A DNA stretch of 64,000 bases from Acidobacteriota bacterium (GCA_965198355.1 CBDAPI010000013.1:266495-330494), one strand, 5' to 3'. Positions 28,756 to 38,919 are shown, counted from the first letter of the stretch. Made by a program: numbers and translations. Notes: generated by a model from the letters alone, not told the origin.

Positions 28756-29727
28756 ATGATTGGCTGGCCGACTCTGTTACTGGCAGCTGCAGCTGTCACT
28801 GCTGTCCAACCTGCCCAAGACGACATTCTCGAAAAGGCCCGAAAAGCTCTCTTACTGCGAAGTGAGCTGTTGAGGGACTATTCCGTCGAGGTGACCAGCG
28901 AGTCGGTTACGGAAACTCCACGTGGGACTCGAGAAACAGAGACCCGGGAGCGACAGTACTTCGGCGGAGCCGATGAGTTCCGACGCGAGGTTCTGAGGAT
29001 GAAGCAGGACGGCGCCACTGTGAACCCGGCGACGGCAGGAGGGAGAGGAGGTCGTCGTGGATTGGGCGGCTTTGGGCAGCTGATGCAACGCCGGGATCCT
29101 CTCACTCTGGAAGGGTTCTTTCGGCAGGCCAGTGTGGTTGGAGTCACCAAGATCGAGTCCACGGCGGCCGTGCAAATCAAGCTGAAGCCCAAGGTGCAGG
29201 GGCTGCAGGTGAAGGACGCTCAGCTCTGGGTCGATCCTGATACAGGAATGTCGCTCCGCCTGGAACTGCGCATTGGGCTGGGACCGCTGGGCTCGGACGC
29301 CAGTCTCAATCTTCAGTTCGCCTATGATCCGAAGATTGAAGTCACCGTTCGGCACAGCCAGCAGTTCGAAATCTCTCTGGGATTTGGCGGCCTTAGAGGC
29401 GGCGGTCGGGGCGGAATGGGCCAAGGTCCTGGGGCCGGCGGCGGAATCGGTATCAAGATCGCCACGGCCTGGAGAAAGCATGAATGGGGGCTCTCCTTTG
29501 AGGAGAGTTTCTTTACCGAAGCCACGGAGCCGAGCTCCCGAGAAGGGGGGCGCGGCCGGGGAAACAGAAGAACACAGACGGCCAGCGCCGAGGAAGATCC
29601 GTTCGAGGAGATTCGGATCGCCCCGCGAGGGAGCAGCGGCCAGGAATTGAGTGGGGGGGGGGCAGGGAACCGAGGAGATTCTGATCGAGGGAGCATCGGT
29701 AGGCAGCGGAGGGAGGGGAAGAAGTGA
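28756..29727 (+). CDS. secreted hypothetical protein with a Gly/Arg-rich C-terminus; possibly the N-terminal part of the following gene
   Basis: Signal peptide MIGWPTLLLAAAAVTAVQPAQ; GGLRGGGRGGMGQGPGAGGG low-complexity region; ends inside a 10-G run. Confidence 0.4.
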   Translation: MIGWPTLLLAAAAVTAVQPAQDDILEKARKALLLRSELLRDYSVEVTSESVTETPRGTRETETRERQYFGGADEFRREVLRMKQDGATVNPATAGGRGGRRGLGGFGQLMQRRDPLTLEGFFRQASVVGVTKIESTAAVQIKLKPKVQGLQVKDAQLWVDPDTGMSLRLELRIGLGPLGSDASLNLQFAYDPKIEVTVRHSQQFEISLGFGGLRGGGRGGMGQGPGAGGGIGIKIATAWRKHEWGLSFEESFFTEATEPSSREGGRGRGNRRTQTASAEEDPFEEIRIAPRGSSGQELSGGGAGNRGDSDRGSIGRQRREGKK

Positions 29728-32362
29728 GGGGGACATCGTTGCACGCCTCATGGGAGGAGGCGGTGGTAGCGGACGCAGCGGAAGAGGGGGTTTGCGCGCG
29801 GCTCGCATCGCGGGCGGGAGAGCCAATCGAATCCAGGGCAGCGTCACGGCTGGACTCTCTTCGTCGGTCCTGGACGCGAGACCGTATTCCATTGACGGAG
29901 CCGAAACTCCGGATCCCGACTACCTGACCTGGAACTCAGGAGTTTCCATTGGGGGGCCCCTGGGTCCGGCTGCGACGCCTTCTCCGGGAAGTTTCGGGTT
30001 TCAACGGACCCGCAGAGCTTCGTTCTTTGTTGATTTCAACGTCAGTCAGGGCCAGGATCTGCAGAGTCAGTATGGAGCGGTGCCGACGCCGCTGGAGCGC
30101 AGCGGCGACTTTTCTCAGACTTTCTTCACATCCGGACCCCTCGAGGGGAACCCCGTCGAGATCTATGATCCATTCAGCGGAAAGGCCTATCCTGGAGCCG
30201 TTCTTCCAGCCGGGCAACGCGACCCGACAGCGGCAGGGTTTCTGCAGTTCATTCCCCTGCCCAACCGCGAAGACCCCTTCCTGAATTACTACACTCAGCA
30301 GAATCTGGATAACCACAGCGAGCGGCTGAACCTGCGCTTCAGTGTCCCGCTTCCCGGCTCGCTGCGGGTGTCGGCAAGTTACGGGCTGAACCAGAATCGA
30401 GGAGACGTGTTTCACCCTTTTCCCGACCTGGGCAGCCAGCGCGACCGGCGGGGTCAGAACCTGTCGCTGCGTTTCAATCAGACGGCCCAGGCTGGATTGA
30501 TTCACAGCTTCAGTGTGACCTGGAACCGAAATAAGAACCAGTCTCTCAACCCCTTCGCCTTTCAAAGGGACATCAGTGCTGAGCTGGGTATCGAAAACAC
30601 CTCTCCGGACCCCATCGACTACGGACTCACGACGATGCAGTTTACCAACTACTCTGCTTTGAGTGATGGGAGCTCTTCTTCGAACGTGACCGGAAGAAAC
30701 GGCCTGAGCGACAGCCTGCTGTGGGTGCGTGGCAACCACTTCTTTCGAGTCGGCGGCGAAGTTACCTGGAGACGCAGGAACAATCTGAGCAACCCGGAGG
30801 GAGCCGGATCTCTGACGTTTGCAGGGGTTGCAACAAGTGCCTACCAGGGTAACCAGCCGGTTCCGGCGACCGGTTATGATTTCGCCGACTTCTTGCTCGG
30901 CCTGGCGCAGTCCAGTCGAATCCAGTACGGCAACAGCGACCACTATCTGCGCCGCAGAGAGTTTGCCCTGTTCGTGAACGACAACTGGAGAGCCACTTCC
31001 AGGTTTACGCTGCAGTGGGGTCTTCGTTATCAATATGCGGCTCCCTGGATCGAGCGCTACGATCGAATTGCCAATCTGGATGTATCTCCCGGCTTCGACG
31101 CTGCCGAAACGGTCACTCCGGGGAGCCTGGGGAACTATCACGGAGAGTTTCCTCGGGCTCTCGTCGAGAGTGACTGGAATAATCTAGCCCCACGGCTGGC
31201 CTTGGCCTATCGGCTTCGTTCCGGCAGGAAGGCCTCTGTGCTCAGGGCCAGCTACGGTGTCTTTTTCCCTAACGAAACCTACGATTATCTCTCCAACGAG
31301 TTGATCGCCCAGCCTCCGTTTGGGTTTACGGTCCAGGAAACGGCCAAACGGCAGGAGTTTCTCGAAATCCAGTCGGCTTTTTCCGCAGACCTGGTCCAGG
31401 AAGTCCCCAACACTTACGCAGTGGAACCGCTCCTCCGCCTGGCGACGGTGCAGAACTGGGGCCTTTCCTGGCAGCAGAGCCTGCCTAAGAACTTCTTCTT
31501 CAGCCTCGGGTATGCAGGTACCAGGGGGACGGGGCTGGAGCTGCTGAGAGCACCCAACCGGGTGGGTGAGGAAGGGCAACAGATTGAAGGTGCGGCCCAA
31601 TGCCTCTATTTGACTTCTGCCGGCTCCTCTGTCTTTCACGGGTTGCAGGCCCTGGCAGTTCGACGGATGCGCTCCGGTTTCTCGATGTCGTTTCAGTACG
31701 AATTCGGCAAGTCTCTGGACAATGCCTCGGCGATCTCGGGCGGCCAACGAATCGTGGCCCAAAACGACGATGACCTGGATTCGGAGCGGGGCAGGTCGAA
31801 TTTCGATGAAAGGCACAGGCTGAGCATGAACTGGTTCTGGGAGCTGCCCTTCGGGGACCGGCATCGTTGGCTTCGAGGACCGGGCTGGGCCAGTTCTGCC
31901 CTCGAGAACTGGTTCCTGCGCGCCACTGTCACGGCTGCGAGTGGGCGTCCCCGCACAGCCAGAGTTCTCGGGAACCAGATCAATAACAGCGGAACGGCCT
32001 CTCAGGCCAGCGAGCGGGCCAGCGTCACGGGAGAGCAGGTGAGCCTTCCCTCCTCCGAGCGCAGCACCCAGGAATGGTTCAATACGGGTGCGTTCCTGCT
32101 GCCGGCTGCGGGCTCATTCGGCGACGCGGGACGCAATACCATCGACGGGCCCGGGTCGTGGACGATCAACCTGAACCTGGCCAAGTCGATTCCCCTGGGC
32201 AGCGACGGGAGACGCTTACTTCTCTTGGTGAATATGGCGAACCTCTTGAATCACCCGAACTTCAGCGGGTTCAACAGCACGGTCAACTCGGTCGGCTTCG
32301 GGCAGGTAACGGGTGCCGGGGCCATGCGCCGTATCCAGCTCAGTTTTCGTTTCATGTTCTAG
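29651..32362 (+). CDS. TonB-dependent-receptor-like outer-membrane beta-barrel protein (Acidobacterial type)
   Basis: RIQGSV...LDARPY...EIYDPFSGKAYPGAVLPAGQRDPTAAGFLQFIPLPN hallmark; C-terminal ...RRIQLSFRFMF. The GTG start inside the G-run has no signal peptide, so a fusion with 28756.. is likely. Confidence 0.65.
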   Translation: MGGGQGTEEILIEGASVGSGGRGRSEGDIVARLMGGGGGSGRSGRGGLRAARIAGGRANRIQGSVTAGLSSSVLDARPYSIDGAETPDPDYLTWNSGVSIGGPLGPAATPSPGSFGFQRTRRASFFVDFNVSQGQDLQSQYGAVPTPLERSGDFSQTFFTSGPLEGNPVEIYDPFSGKAYPGAVLPAGQRDPTAAGFLQFIPLPNREDPFLNYYTQQNLDNHSERLNLRFSVPLPGSLRVSASYGLNQNRGDVFHPFPDLGSQRDRRGQNLSLRFNQTAQAGLIHSFSVTWNRNKNQSLNPFAFQRDISAELGIENTSPDPIDYGLTTMQFTNYSALSDGSSSSNVTGRNGLSDSLLWVRGNHFFRVGGEVTWRRRNNLSNPEGAGSLTFAGVATSAYQGNQPVPATGYDFADFLLGLAQSSRIQYGNSDHYLRRREFALFVNDNWRATSRFTLQWGLRYQYAAPWIERYDRIANLDVSPGFDAAETVTPGSLGNYHGEFPRALVESDWNNLAPRLALAYRLRSGRKASVLRASYGVFFPNETYDYLSNELIAQPPFGFTVQETAKRQEFLEIQSAFSADLVQEVPNTYAVEPLLRLATVQNWGLSWQQSLPKNFFFSLGYAGTRGTGLELLRAPNRVGEEGQQIEGAAQCLYLTSAGSSVFHGLQALAVRRMRSGFSMSFQYEFGKSLDNASAISGGQRIVAQNDDDLDSERGRSNFDERHRLSMNWFWELPFGDRHRWLRGPGWASSALENWFLRATVTAASGRPRTARVLGNQINNSGTASQASERASVTGEQVSLPSSERSTQEWFNTGAFLLPAAGSFGDAGRNTIDGPGSWTINLNLAKSIPLGSDGRRLLLLVNMANLLNHPNFSGFNSTVNSVGFGQVTGAGAMRRIQLSFRFMF

Positions 32363-32376
32363 GATTGATCCGCAAG

Positions 32377-34452
32377 ATGCTACGTCAGGTTACTGTCCCA
32401 CCAGGTTCCTACCCGGGACGCCTTCTTTGCCTGGTATCGGGTGTCTTGCTCTGCGTCTCGTCTCTTTCCGCTCAGCAAGAACCCCCGGCGCGCTTCACGG
32501 TGGCCTCTAATCTAATCCTGGTGGATGTTCGGGTGCTCGATTCGAGAGGCCGGCCTGTGGAAGGCCTCAAGGTGGAGGATTTTGTCCTGGTTGAAGAGGG
32601 GATCGCTCAGCAGATCGTGTTCTTCCAGGAGATCTCCCTGCCCCTTGTCTCTGTCGAACCCGCGGATCTCCCGACGCCGGGAGACGCCGTTGCAGTGCCC
32701 ACTGAACTGGCGGCCCCGGTGGTTTCAGATGATCCATCTGACATGATCCCGCTCGAAAAACGCCTGCTCATCCTTCTCTTCGATTTTTCTTCGGCGGGAC
32801 TCCAGGACAGCCACATGATGAAAAGGGCGGCCCAGAGCTTTCTGGCTGAGCAGTTCAGCGCAGATGATGCGGCAGCGGTACTGGTTCTGGACAATGGGCT
32901 GGAGATGTTGACCGACTTTACATCGGACCGTGAGGTTCTGGGTGAAGCCATTGCCCACCTGGTTGGAGAAGAGACCGAGACGGATCTCTCCCTTCCTGGA
33001 GAAGAGGCCGATGCGAGCGGGGACTTCGTTGCCGATGAGGCTGAGTTCGGTCTGTTTCAGTCGAGCCAGCAGCTGGCCGCGATTCAGACCATCGCGGATT
33101 CCTTCCGTGACGTTCCGGGGCGCAAAGCACTTCTTTACTTTTCGACCGGCTTCTCGAGCCGTGGGATGGAGAACGATGAAGAGATGAGACTGGCTACGGA
33201 TCAGTGCAACCGGGCCAACATCAGCATCTATTCCGTCGACGCGCGGGGCCTGGTAGCCCTCTCTCCCGGCGGCGGTGCTCATCGGGCCGGAGGCGGCGGA
33301 ACGCAGATTTTCAGTGGGCGGGCCAGCCTGAATGAGCTGGTCCGTCTGACCCAGTCGCAGGAAGGCTTGATCACAATGGCCGAGGATACCGGTGGTGCCG
33401 CCCTTGTGGATGACAATGAACTCGTCAAGATTTTTCGCAAGGCTCGTGAAGACGGATCGCACTACTATCTACTGGGTTACCAGACTCCTGCGCCGCCCAG
33501 CGATGGACGGTTTCGCCGCATCGAGGTGCGTGCTGAGGCAGCCGAGTCGCGGGTGCTGTACCGGCATGGTTATTATGCCGAGAAGCCCTATCAGCGTCTC
33601 AGCGACCCGGAAAAAGAGTTCAAGTTCTTGCAAACGGTGGTTCAGGACCGTCCGATCTCAGATTTTCCGGTCGCCATCTCGGCCGAGTATTTCCCGGAAT
33701 CAGCCGAGTCCTACCAGGTTCCCGTGCTGCTCTCCTTTCACCATGAGCGCCTGAGCGAGCTTTCTCAGGGAGGCGGTCTGAATCTGGAGATTGTGGTGCT
33801 GGCCAGAGACTCTTTGAATGTGACTCAGACCGGAGTTCGAGATCAGGTTCAGATTCAGCGGCAACAACGGGAAGGTGAAACAGCCTATGTCTACCAGAAC
33901 CTCCTTCTTCTCGAACCCGGCCAATACGTGCTGACTGCATTCGTCAGAGACAATCGGACCGGCCTGGCCTCTCGGGTTCAGCACGAGCTGGATCTCCCTC
34001 CCTTCGGTCCGGTTCATTTCAGTTCACTGATCCTGGCCGCCCACTGGAAACATCCGGGCGCCGAGAGTGGCTACCGGATCAAGAGTGGGAAGGAAGTCAC
34101 TATTCTGAAGAATCCCCTGCAGGTGGCAGGTCGCGTACTGGTGCCCCGTATCGGGCGGGAGTTCCACCAGTCTGAATCCCTTTTTCTGCATGGGAAGGTC
34201 TCGAACCTGTCCAGTCCTGGCGAGTATCAGATCGTTCTGCTAGACGCCGCCAACGATGAGGTCTACGGGGGTGCCTGGAAACCACTTGGGAGCGATTCGC
34301 GTGGAGACTTCGCCGTGAACGCGCGGTTCAGCCTGGACCAACTCGAACCCGGCGACTACCAGGTGCTTGTCAAGGTTCGGCTCGGCGACCAGGAAGTGGG
34401 GTTCCTGAAGGAACGGTTCGTCGTGGTTGCGAGCGGCGCGAATCAATCCTGA
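32377..34452 (+). CDS. VWFA-related Acidobacterial-domain protein (TIGR03436-like)
   Basis: Signal peptide; SNLILVDVRVLDSRGRPVEGLKVEDFVLVEEGIAQQIVFF N-terminal signature. ATG at 32377 (the ORF-track start 32074 is an over-extension). Confidence 0.6.
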   Translation: MLRQVTVPPGSYPGRLLCLVSGVLLCVSSLSAQQEPPARFTVASNLILVDVRVLDSRGRPVEGLKVEDFVLVEEGIAQQIVFFQEISLPLVSVEPADLPTPGDAVAVPTELAAPVVSDDPSDMIPLEKRLLILLFDFSSAGLQDSHMMKRAAQSFLAEQFSADDAAAVLVLDNGLEMLTDFTSDREVLGEAIAHLVGEETETDLSLPGEEADASGDFVADEAEFGLFQSSQQLAAIQTIADSFRDVPGRKALLYFSTGFSSRGMENDEEMRLATDQCNRANISIYSVDARGLVALSPGGGAHRAGGGGTQIFSGRASLNELVRLTQSQEGLITMAEDTGGAALVDDNELVKIFRKAREDGSHYYLLGYQTPAPPSDGRFRRIEVRAEAAESRVLYRHGYYAEKPYQRLSDPEKEFKFLQTVVQDRPISDFPVAISAEYFPESAESYQVPVLLSFHHERLSELSQGGGLNLEIVVLARDSLNVTQTGVRDQVQIQRQQREGETAYVYQNLLLLEPGQYVLTAFVRDNRTGLASRVQHELDLPPFGPVHFSSLILAAHWKHPGAESGYRIKSGKEVTILKNPLQVAGRVLVPRIGREFHQSESLFLHGKVSNLSSPGEYQIVLLDAANDEVYGGAWKPLGSDSRGDFAVNARFSLDQLEPGDYQVLVKVRLGDQEVGFLKERFVVVASGANQS

Positions 34453-34551
34453 GCTGGCCCCCCTTTTCTGGTGAAACAAGACGACTTCGTGGTGCGGGTC
34501 GCGGTCAGAGCCGAATCGGGACAAGGCTGCTATGCTAAAATTCTCCTCGCC

Positions 34552-35499
34552 ATGACAGAAAAGGTCTTTCTGGCGGCCCCCAGAGGTTTCTGCGCAGGCG
34601 TTGTCCGGGCCATTGACATTGTGAACATCGCCCTGAAGGTCTTCCCAAAACCCGTCTACGTCCGCAAAGAAATCGTACACAACCGGCATGTAGTTGCCAG
34701 ACTGCAAAATCAGGGGGCCATTTTTGTGGAGTCCCTGGACGAGGTTCCCAGGGGGAAAACAGTCATCTTCAGTGCACATGGCGTCTCCCCCCAGGTGCGG
34801 GAGGAGGCTCTCAGCCGAGAACTCCGTGTGATCGATGCAACCTGTCCTCTGGTCACGAAGGTGCACCTTGAGGCGGCGCGCTACGCTGCCCGGGATCACA
34901 CAATTCTGCTCATCGGCCACCAGGGGCACGATGAAGTGATCGGAACCATGGGAGTGGCTCCCGAGCGCATCAGGCTGGTGACGAGTGTGGAAGATGTCGC
35001 CCGTCTCCAGATCGAAGAGGGCACACCTCTTGCCTATCTGACACAAACCACCCTGAGCCTGGAGGACACGCGGGCCATTGTGGAGGCACTTCGGCAACGC
35101 TTCCCTCAGGTCCACGGACCACCCTCCGAGGACATCTGCTACGCAACCCAGAATCGTCAGCTGGCAGTTCGCGAGCTCGCCCGGAAATCTGATCTGATCC
35201 TGGTAGTCGGTTCCAGGAACAGCAGTAATTCCAACCGCCTGGTGGAAGAGGCAATCAAGGAAGGGACTCCGGCCTACCTGATCGACGATCACCAGGGAAT
35301 CCTTTCGGAGTGGCTCCAGGATGCGAAAGTCGTGGGCGTGACTTCAGGAGCCTCGGCTCCCGAAAGTCTGGTCTCGGAAGTCGTGAACTGGCTCTGTCGT
35401 GATGGAGCCGAGGTGGAAGAACTGGTCACCCGCACCGAGAATGTACAGTTCGCACTGCCACAGGAACTGGAAGGCAGCCTGGAAGAGCAGGGGGTCTAG
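34552..35499 (+). CDS. ispH: 4-hydroxy-3-methylbut-2-enyl diphosphate reductase
   Basis: MTEKVFLAAPRGFCAGVVRAIDIV...SAHGVSP...ATCPLVTKVH...NSSNSNRL, collinear with IspH/LytB. Confidence 0.85.
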   Translation: MTEKVFLAAPRGFCAGVVRAIDIVNIALKVFPKPVYVRKEIVHNRHVVARLQNQGAIFVESLDEVPRGKTVIFSAHGVSPQVREEALSRELRVIDATCPLVTKVHLEAARYAARDHTILLIGHQGHDEVIGTMGVAPERIRLVTSVEDVARLQIEEGTPLAYLTQTTLSLEDTRAIVEALRQRFPQVHGPPSEDICYATQNRQLAVRELARKSDLILVVGSRNSSNSNRLVEEAIKEGTPAYLIDDHQGILSEWLQDAKVVGVTSGASAPESLVSEVVNWLCRDGAEVEELVTRTENVQFALPQELEGSLEEQGV

Positions 35500-35534
35500 G
35501 TTCTGGGTGCTAGGTTCTGGGTGCTAGGTTCTGG
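35497..35534. repeat. 14-bp tandem repeat TAGGTTCTGGGTGC, 2.7 copies, starting at the ispH stop codon
   Basis: Direct reading of 35497-35534. Confidence 0.6.
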
Positions 35535-35569
35535 AATCTCCCGCCTGACTGGGTCTACAATTCACTGCT

Positions 35570-37276
35570 GTGAAACATCCTCCGCTGTTTCCGACCTACC
35601 CCATCGCCACACTTCAGGATCTGGTTGAAGAAGTCGCCACCCGGTACCGCGAGAAGGTGGCGCTGGCCACCAAAGAGAAAGGTACCTACCACACGACTTC
35701 CTTTCTGCAGTTGCAGGCTCGTGTTCTGGAGCTGAGTGCCGGCCTGGCGGCGCTCGGCACAAGAGAGGGTGACCCCGTGGCCCTCATTGGCGAGAACACG
35801 ACCGAATGGGCCCTTGGCTATCTTGCGATTGTGTCGTCGGGCCGAGTCGTGGTGCCCGTGGACCGCGACTTGAGACCCGGGGAAATTCGACACATCCTCG
35901 AGTTCTCGGATGTGGACACGGTTTTGTGTAGCGGTCGTTTCGTGGATGACATGGTTGCTCTGCGTGCCGAGACAGGACGGCCCTGCCGAGTTGTGTCTCT
36001 TGAGCGGGAAGCAGGGAGAGGGGATCACTCCTTCTCCGAGTTGCTGGAGTGCGGCTGCCAGAAAATGGAGGGAGCATCCGGTCACCGCCTGCCCGAGGTT
36101 CAATCTGAAACTCTGGCAGCCATCATTTTCACGTCGGGAACTATGGGGAGTTCCAAGGCCGTGATGCTGACTCACGGCAACCTCGCCTCCAACGTCATTG
36201 CAACATCAAAGTTCGTTTCCATTCGAAATGATGATCGCTGTCTTTCCGTGCTACCCCTGCATCACACCTATGAATGCACCTGCGGATTCCTAACGGCTCT
36301 CTACCAGGGGGCATCTATTTATCACGCTGAGAATCTCCGGCGGATCCCCGAGAACCTGGCTGAGACCCGGGTCACCGTGGTGCTGGGAGTGCCGTTGCTC
36401 TTCGAAACGATGTATCGGCGGATTGAGAAAGGCATTCGGGAAAACGGCGAGCGGAAGTTTCGTATCGCCAAAGGAGTGGCTTCTCTCACCGAGCGCTTCG
36501 GCCTGAGCATCAGACGCCGGCTTTTCAAACCTGTGCATGACCGTCTTGGTGGCAAACTGCGCCTCCTCATCACCGGGGGTGCTGCCATGAATCCGGAGGT
36601 CTCACGCGGCTTTCGAGACCTGGGTATCCAGTGCATTCAGGGTTACGGGATGACGGAGGCTTCGCCTCTGATCGCTGTCAACCGGGAAGCCAATCCTAGA
36701 GACAGCTCGGTGGGAAGGCCGGTGCCCGGGGTCGAGGCCCGCATCATTGAGGGTGAGATAGCAGTCCGGGGTCCGAACGTGATGGTGGGCTACTACAAGA
36801 ATCGACAGGCGACCGAGGAAACCATTGAAAATGGGTGGTTGCTCACGGGTGACCTGGGCCACATCGACAAGGACGGTTTTCTCTTTGTGAGTGGACGGAA
36901 GAAATCGGTTGTTGTCACGCCGAACGGCAAGAATGTCTACCCTGAAGAACTGGAGACCCACCTGAACGACAGCCGGTTCATCGCCGAATCCCTGGTCTGG
37001 GGAGGCGCTTCCTCCGATCCAGCTTTGACTGAGGTTCAGGCGATCATCGTGCCGGATGTGGAGGTGCTGGACGAAGAGTTCGGAGCCAGCGAGTACGATG
37101 ATGAGAGAATTGAGAAGGCCATCGCGGCAGAGGTGAAGCAGGTCAACCGAGTCCTGGCCAACTACAAGAGAATACGCCAGTTCAGTCTCCGCCACGAAGA
37201 GTTCGAGAAGACCACGACTCGCAAAATAAAACGGTACCTGTACACCGGAACCTCCGAGCCTCTGCAAGGAACATGA
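35570..37276 (+). CDS. AMP-dependent synthetase/ligase (long-chain fatty-acid-CoA ligase-like)
   Basis: TSGTMGSSKAVMLTHGNL AMP-binding motif; YGMTEASP; C-terminal ...TTRKIKRY. Confidence 0.8.
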   Translation: MKHPPLFPTYPIATLQDLVEEVATRYREKVALATKEKGTYHTTSFLQLQARVLELSAGLAALGTREGDPVALIGENTTEWALGYLAIVSSGRVVVPVDRDLRPGEIRHILEFSDVDTVLCSGRFVDDMVALRAETGRPCRVVSLEREAGRGDHSFSELLECGCQKMEGASGHRLPEVQSETLAAIIFTSGTMGSSKAVMLTHGNLASNVIATSKFVSIRNDDRCLSVLPLHHTYECTCGFLTALYQGASIYHAENLRRIPENLAETRVTVVLGVPLLFETMYRRIEKGIRENGERKFRIAKGVASLTERFGLSIRRRLFKPVHDRLGGKLRLLITGGAAMNPEVSRGFRDLGIQCIQGYGMTEASPLIAVNREANPRDSSVGRPVPGVEARIIEGEIAVRGPNVMVGYYKNRQATEETIENGWLLTGDLGHIDKDGFLFVSGRKKSVVVTPNGKNVYPEELETHLNDSRFIAESLVWGGASSDPALTEVQAIIVPDVEVLDEEFGASEYDDERIEKAIAAEVKQVNRVLANYKRIRQFSLRHEEFEKTTTRKIKRYLYTGTSEPLQGT

Positions 37277-37283
37277 AACGAAT

Positions 37284-37634
37284 ATGAGTACATTTCCCAG
37301 CTTTGAAACTGTAAAGAACGAGTATCAGGGGCGCGAATACGAGGTGGACATTGTCTGCCCTGAGTTTACTTGCGTCTGTCCGCGAACCGGACAGCCGGAC
37401 TTCGGAACGATTCGAATTCGCTACGTCCCGGATAGCCTTATCGTTGAACTGAAGTCCTTGAAACTGTACCTTTTCTCTTTTCGCGATCATGGCATTTTTC
37501 ACGAGCACGTGACGAACCGGATCCTGGATGACTTTGTGGCCGCCAGCCAACCGATTCGCTGCAGTGTAGAAGGGGATTTCAATTTCAGGGGCGGCATCAA
37601 GACGACAGTACGCGCTGAGTACGCGCGTGACTGA
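37284..37634 (+). CDS. queF: NADPH-dependent 7-cyano-7-deazaguanine reductase
   Basis: EFTCVCPRTGQPDFGTIRIRYVPD...HEH motif of unimodular QueF. Confidence 0.85.
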   Translation: MSTFPSFETVKNEYQGREYEVDIVCPEFTCVCPRTGQPDFGTIRIRYVPDSLIVELKSLKLYLFSFRDHGIFHEHVTNRILDDFVAASQPIRCSVEGDFNFRGGIKTTVRAEYARD

Positions 37635-37750
37635 CACCTTCGCCCTCCTCCCCCAACGCCATCGTTATTATGAAAGGGAGTAGCGAGGGCGAGGATGCTT
37701 AGAAACCTGATGCTGAAGGCTGCGGAGAGACCCGGCCTGGTGCATCTGTT

Positions 37751-37817
37751 CGCGAAAGCGGGAGAAAGACTGTTTAAATCCTCCCGGTCGCAGCCCTGAA
37801 GCTCCCCCCTCGCTTGG
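37751..37817. repeat. REP-like hairpin element, degenerate copy (family A/B/C)
   Basis: GAAAGCGGGAG...gtTTAAATCCtCCCGgTCGCAGCC...CTCCCcccTCGCTT; same orientation as the 61262 copy. Confidence 0.5.
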
Positions 37818-37871
37818 ATGGAACCACGCAGCGTCCTCCGTTGCAGCTCCAGGAACGAGGAGCGTGCGGAA

Positions 37872-38747
37872 TCAGGCGGCGCGATTGGTGGAAGCGATGA
37901 AGTCGCGAAAAGAAGAGAAATCGGAAAAATAGAACCCGTCGATCGAGCCCTCAAAGTCTCCATCTATGGGTAGAGCCTCGCCCAGGCAAACCAGCGGCAG
38001 ACGGTACTCGTGAATGGCTTCCAGGAGGAGCTCAAGCTCCGGGGTGGAGGCCACCGAGGCCGAGCCGTTCGAAACAATGCAGACCATGTTAATGGGTTCT
38101 TCCTCGACCATTGTGGCCATCGCGGGGAAAGGCACCGACCAGCCCAGGTTGAGGACTTCCCAGCCCTCGACCTCCAGGATTCGGGCGGCAGCGTTTACGG
38201 GCAAATACTGAGCCCGATCCGGACTGGAGCAGAGACTGATCCGTCCATTGCGTCGTTTGCGAATGATGTGAGGGAACAGGTACGACACGGCCTCTTCCAG
38301 GTTCACCTGAATCAGTTTGGCCTGTCCCCCGGACAGAACCTGATCGGAAAGGGCAGCGTGAGTCGAAAGTGCAACCGGCATGACGACGTAGTCATAGAGG
38401 TGCTCGAGCGACATCCCGCGCAGGTAGAGCCTCTTCAGAAGCTCCTCGATCTGGGATCTCTGATTGTGGGCAGCCAGAAAGCTCACCTGCTCTCGGACAC
38501 GAGCAAAGTCCTTGCGGTTTAGAAGATCTTCAACACTGGGATCCTCCCACCGTTCGGTAGTCAGAAGCCCGGTGGCCTCAAAGCCACGATCCTGCTGAAA
38601 GCCCCGGATATCTTCCAGAGCGAATCGACGATGACCTCCCGGAGTTCGCTGGCACCCCAGGCCGGCCGTATCTGCCCAGCGCTTCACGGTGGACTCGCTG
38701 ACATTCCACATCTGAGCGACTTCGCGAGTAGAGTAGGTTCGGTCCAT
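37872..38747 (-). CDS. MerR-family regulator with a CarH/LitR-like C-terminal B12-binding-like domain (His ligand not conserved)
   Basis: MerR HTH (TREVAQMWNVSESTVKRWADTAG); C-terminal Rossmann-like domain aligns to cobalamin-binding domains (EVEGWEVLNLG, PINMVCIVSNGSAS, LPLVCLGEA), but DxHxxG is PDRAQYL. Confidence 0.55.
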   Translation of the reverse strand: MDRTYSTREVAQMWNVSESTVKRWADTAGLGCQRTPGGHRRFALEDIRGFQQDRGFEATGLLTTERWEDPSVEDLLNRKDFARVREQVSFLAAHNQRSQIEELLKRLYLRGMSLEHLYDYVVMPVALSTHAALSDQVLSGGQAKLIQVNLEEAVSYLFPHIIRKRRNGRISLCSSPDRAQYLPVNAAARILEVEGWEVLNLGWSVPFPAMATMVEEEPINMVCIVSNGSASVASTPELELLLEAIHEYRLPLVCLGEALPIDGDFEGSIDGFYFSDFSSFRDFIASTNRAA

Positions 38748-38919
38748 CTGAAGCTACAAAACGATTTCTTGGCACCCCGGCATAAGTGAAGACTTGGATC
38801 ATAGGAACTTTGAATAGCCTTGTCAAACATACAACAAGACGGGCTCTCCTTAGGCACCGTTCGGGAACTGGAAAATCCTAAACACTGTTATAGAATTGGG
38901 GTAATAAGGAGTCTCCTTC

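Noticed and set aside
32074-32376. ORF-track start of the VWFA-related gene at 32074
   Set aside because: It overlaps the 3' end of the TBDR-like gene by 290 nt. The signal peptide begins at the ATG at 32377, right after the upstream stop.
35497-35534. Possible CRISPR array
   Set aside because: Only 2.7 direct 14-bp units with no spacers. No CRISPR repeats or cas genes anywhere in the window.
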